This document shows positions 62,145-64,000 of a DNA stretch of 64,000 bases, piece by piece (within the stretch, counting starts at the first letter, position 1; each line of letters opens with the position of its first letter). Both the position numbers and the translations under genes were made by a program. Where the stretch lies: positions 14,042 through 78,041 of the forward strand of contig VXNY01000022.1 of assembly GCA_009840305.1 (NCBI GenBank), in the 5' to 3' direction. This stretch comes from Gammaproteobacteria bacterium. GTDB lineage: Bacteria; Pseudomonadota; Gammaproteobacteria; Pseudomonadales; Azotimanducaceae. A model generated the notes under the pieces. That model saw nothing but the letters and a program-made list of their open reading frames with translations. It did not search any database and was not told where the DNA came from.

Positions 62145-64000
62145 CTAGAACCTCTGACCTACTTCGAATGAAAAAGTTTCCACTTCATCGAAGTCGGCGT
62201 GGTTGAACGGGTGCGCTAATGAAATGGACATTGGTCCCATCTGTGTGAGCCACGAAACACCTATGCCAAATGAGAAGCGCAATTCCTTGAATGTTGGCGC
62301 GAAGCATCCAACTGTGTCTTCATCGCAATCAGTACTAAAGACATTCCCTGCGTCGATAAAAGCGACGGATCGAACTTGCCCGAGATTTTCGAGAAACGGC
62401 AACGGGAAAACGAGCTCGAACGAACCTTCGATTTGAACGTTCCCGCCAAACGGTTGACCTTTTGGATAGTAGCTGAGAACATTGGTGGAAGGACTACTGC
62501 GGGGACCTAGCGTATATCGTTCAAAACCACGTACCGAACCAAAACCGCCACCATAGAAATGTTCGAAAAATGGAAATCTCTCGGTGTCACCGTAAGCCGC
62601 TCCGACACCAATGTTGGTGCGTAAATGCCAAGCCCAATCTACCGACCTATTTCGATACGGAAAGTACCAATCGCCGCGAAACGTCGCGCGCGTAAATTGC
62701 AAATCACTACCCGGTAAAGATAGTTCCAAAGCGACCTCCTGGCGGTGCCCTCGAGTCGCAAACAACGTGTGATTTAAAAGGTTATTCGACCATAGCCCTT
62801 CGACCTTGTAGTTTAGGAACTTCGCCCCGGCTTCATCGACAAAATCCGAAATTTGTAGTGCTTGGTCATACCCTTCGGTGACATCAGTCCACTCACCTCG
62901 TCCAGAAAACTGCAAACGCTTGAAATCTCCAATCGGAAAACCGAAGTTTGCACCTCCGCCGTAAGAACGCGTCGAAAATCTAGTGAAACTTTGAAGCGAA
63001 CTGTAATCGGTGTCATTGAAATAAACTCCGATTCCACGGCTCACTCCGTCGTCCGTGAAATAGGGATTAAGAAAACTGAAGTTCCCGCTCTTGGCGTATT
63101 CACTGTAATTCATCTGAACGCTCAAGCTGTTGCCGCTCCCGCCAATGTTGGACTGTTCGAAGGAACCGCCGAGCAACAAACCACCGTATTTCTGATATCC
63201 AACGGTACCGCCAATGGATCCAGTGGGTTGTTCCTTAACGCTAATATTGATGTCGATTTGATCGTCTACTCCGAGCACTTCGGGCGTCTCTACATTCACG
63301 CTGTCATTTTCAAAATAACCCAATCGCTCCAAGCGGCGCTTCGATCTATCTATTAATACTGTAGACGCTCGAGCACCTTCGAGTTGCCGCATTTCTCGTC
63401 TTAGCACCGCATCCTGAGTCACAACATTTCCAGTGAAATTGATCCTGCGAACGTAAACGCGCTTGCCGGTATTTATGATAAATCTGAGGTCTGCTTTACC
63501 TTCCTCTTCTTGAATCGTAGGAACCCCTGATACGGAGGCAAATGTATAGCCGTTGTTGCTAAGAAAAGTCTTTAAGAACTCCTCAACTCTTTTTATTTTG
63601 GCACCGGAAAACGTCTCTCCCTTTTCAATACGGATTGCGGGATGAGTAGTGATAAACTCCAACAATTGATCCGGCTCAAGGTCCCCGAATTCTCCGAAAA
63701 CGTCGATTTCGCCAACAACAAATTTGTCGCCTTCACTTAAAGCTATAGCCAAGTAAACCTGTTTGCGATCCGGAGTCATGCTAACATCCACGGACAATAA
63801 CTGGAATTGAACGAAACCTCGATCTCGATAGAACGATTGCAATGACTCCAAGTCCCCTTGTAGCTTCTGTCTGGAATATTGATTTTTCCCAGTTATAAAT
63901 CCAAGTAGGGTAGGTTCTTTGAGTTCCATGGCTTCGATTAATGTTGCCTTGCTGTAGGATTTGTTACCGATGAATTCGATTTGTCGAATACTCGACTTCT
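62145..64000 (-). CDS. bamA: outer membrane protein assembly factor BamA, C-terminal about 618 codons (5' end beyond the right edge)
   Basis: The frame is open from 64000 (..IRQIEFIGNKSYSKATLIEAMELKEPTLL, POTRA-type sequence) through the beta-barrel to the C-terminal ...ETFSFEVGQRF with a terminal Phe. The track M at 63929 is internal. Confidence 0.92.
   Translation of the reverse strand, partial: KSSIRQIEFIGNKSYSKATLIEAMELKEPTLLGFITGKNQYSRQKLQGDLESLQSFYRDRGFVQFQLLSVDVSMTPDRKQVYLAIALSEGDKFVVGEIDVFGEFGDLEPDQLLEFITTHPAIRIEKGETFSGAKIKRVEEFLKTFLSNNGYTFASVSGVPTIQEEEGKADLRFIINTGKRVYVRRINFTGNVVTQDAVLRREMRQLEGARASTVLIDRSKRRLERLGYFENDSVNVETPEVLGVDDQIDINISVKEQPTGSIGGTVGYQKYGGLLLGGSFEQSNIGGSGNSLSVQMNYSEYAKSGNFSFLNPYFTDDGVSRGIGVYFNDTDYSSLQSFTRFSTRSYGGGANFGFPIGDFKRLQFSGRGEWTDVTEGYDQALQISDFVDEAGAKFLNYKVEGLWSNNLLNHTLFATRGHRQEVALELSLPGSDLQFTRATFRGDWYFPYRNRSVDWAWHLRTNIGVGAAYGDTERFPFFEHFYGGGFGSVRGFERYTLGPRSSPSTNVLSYYPKGQPFGGNVQIEGSFELVFPLPFLENLGQVRSVAFIDAGNVFSTDCDEDTVGCFAPTFKELRFSFGIGVSWLTQMGPMSISLAHPFNHADFDEVETFSFEVGQRF

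Noticed and set aside
61660-62148. 162-aa plus-strand ORF opposite skp, and similar internal or antisense ORFs inside parC, parE, alaS, mutS, dnaE, katG and adhC (e.g. 17480..17860, 28084..28500, 56037..56405)
   Set aside because: All lie wholly within strongly supported conserved genes on the other strand or frame. They show no recognisable motifs.

Overview
Gene-dense chromosomal window from what looks like a marine-type gammaproteobacterium. The taxon is inferred from gene order only. The backbone is a conserved housekeeping block whose order closely follows the Pseudomonas-type arrangement: orn | epmA-efp / epmB | parC-parE-cpdA-DUF1249 | MATE | katG | ahcY, adhC | tRNA-Arg, tRNA-Ser, csrA, lysC, alaS, recX, recA | mutS ... 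fdxA | nlpD, pcm, truD, ftsB, eno, kdsA, pyrG ... tilS, dnaE, rnhB, lpxB, fabZ, lpxD, skp, bamA. I found no rRNA, CRISPR array, transposase or integrase. Two lineage-specific blocks interrupt this backbone, and these are the most interesting content. (1) A 5.6-kb tandem array of six genes for secreted proteins with four EF-hands sits between mutS and fdxA, and two more secreted acidic EF-hand proteins lie at 18.5-19.7 kb next to the tRNA genes. (2) A diverged tandem duplication of a two-gene cassette (four exported alpha-helical repeat proteins, 7.9 kb) sits between pyrG and tilS, divergent from a large TlpA-like thioredoxin lipoprotein. Smaller points follow. A perfect LexA box with an embedded TATAAT lies upstream of csrA. 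csrA itself is below the ORF-track size cutoff. A bacterial LRAT/PLAAT-like membrane-anchored protein is present. A cytochrome c5 has its signal peptide upstream of any canonical start codon. A DUF368 gene sits between pcm and nlpD. Several genes expected at canonical positions are absent (rpoS, surE, ispDF, accA, lpxA). All calls rest on reading the translations and the DNA by eye. No database search was run.
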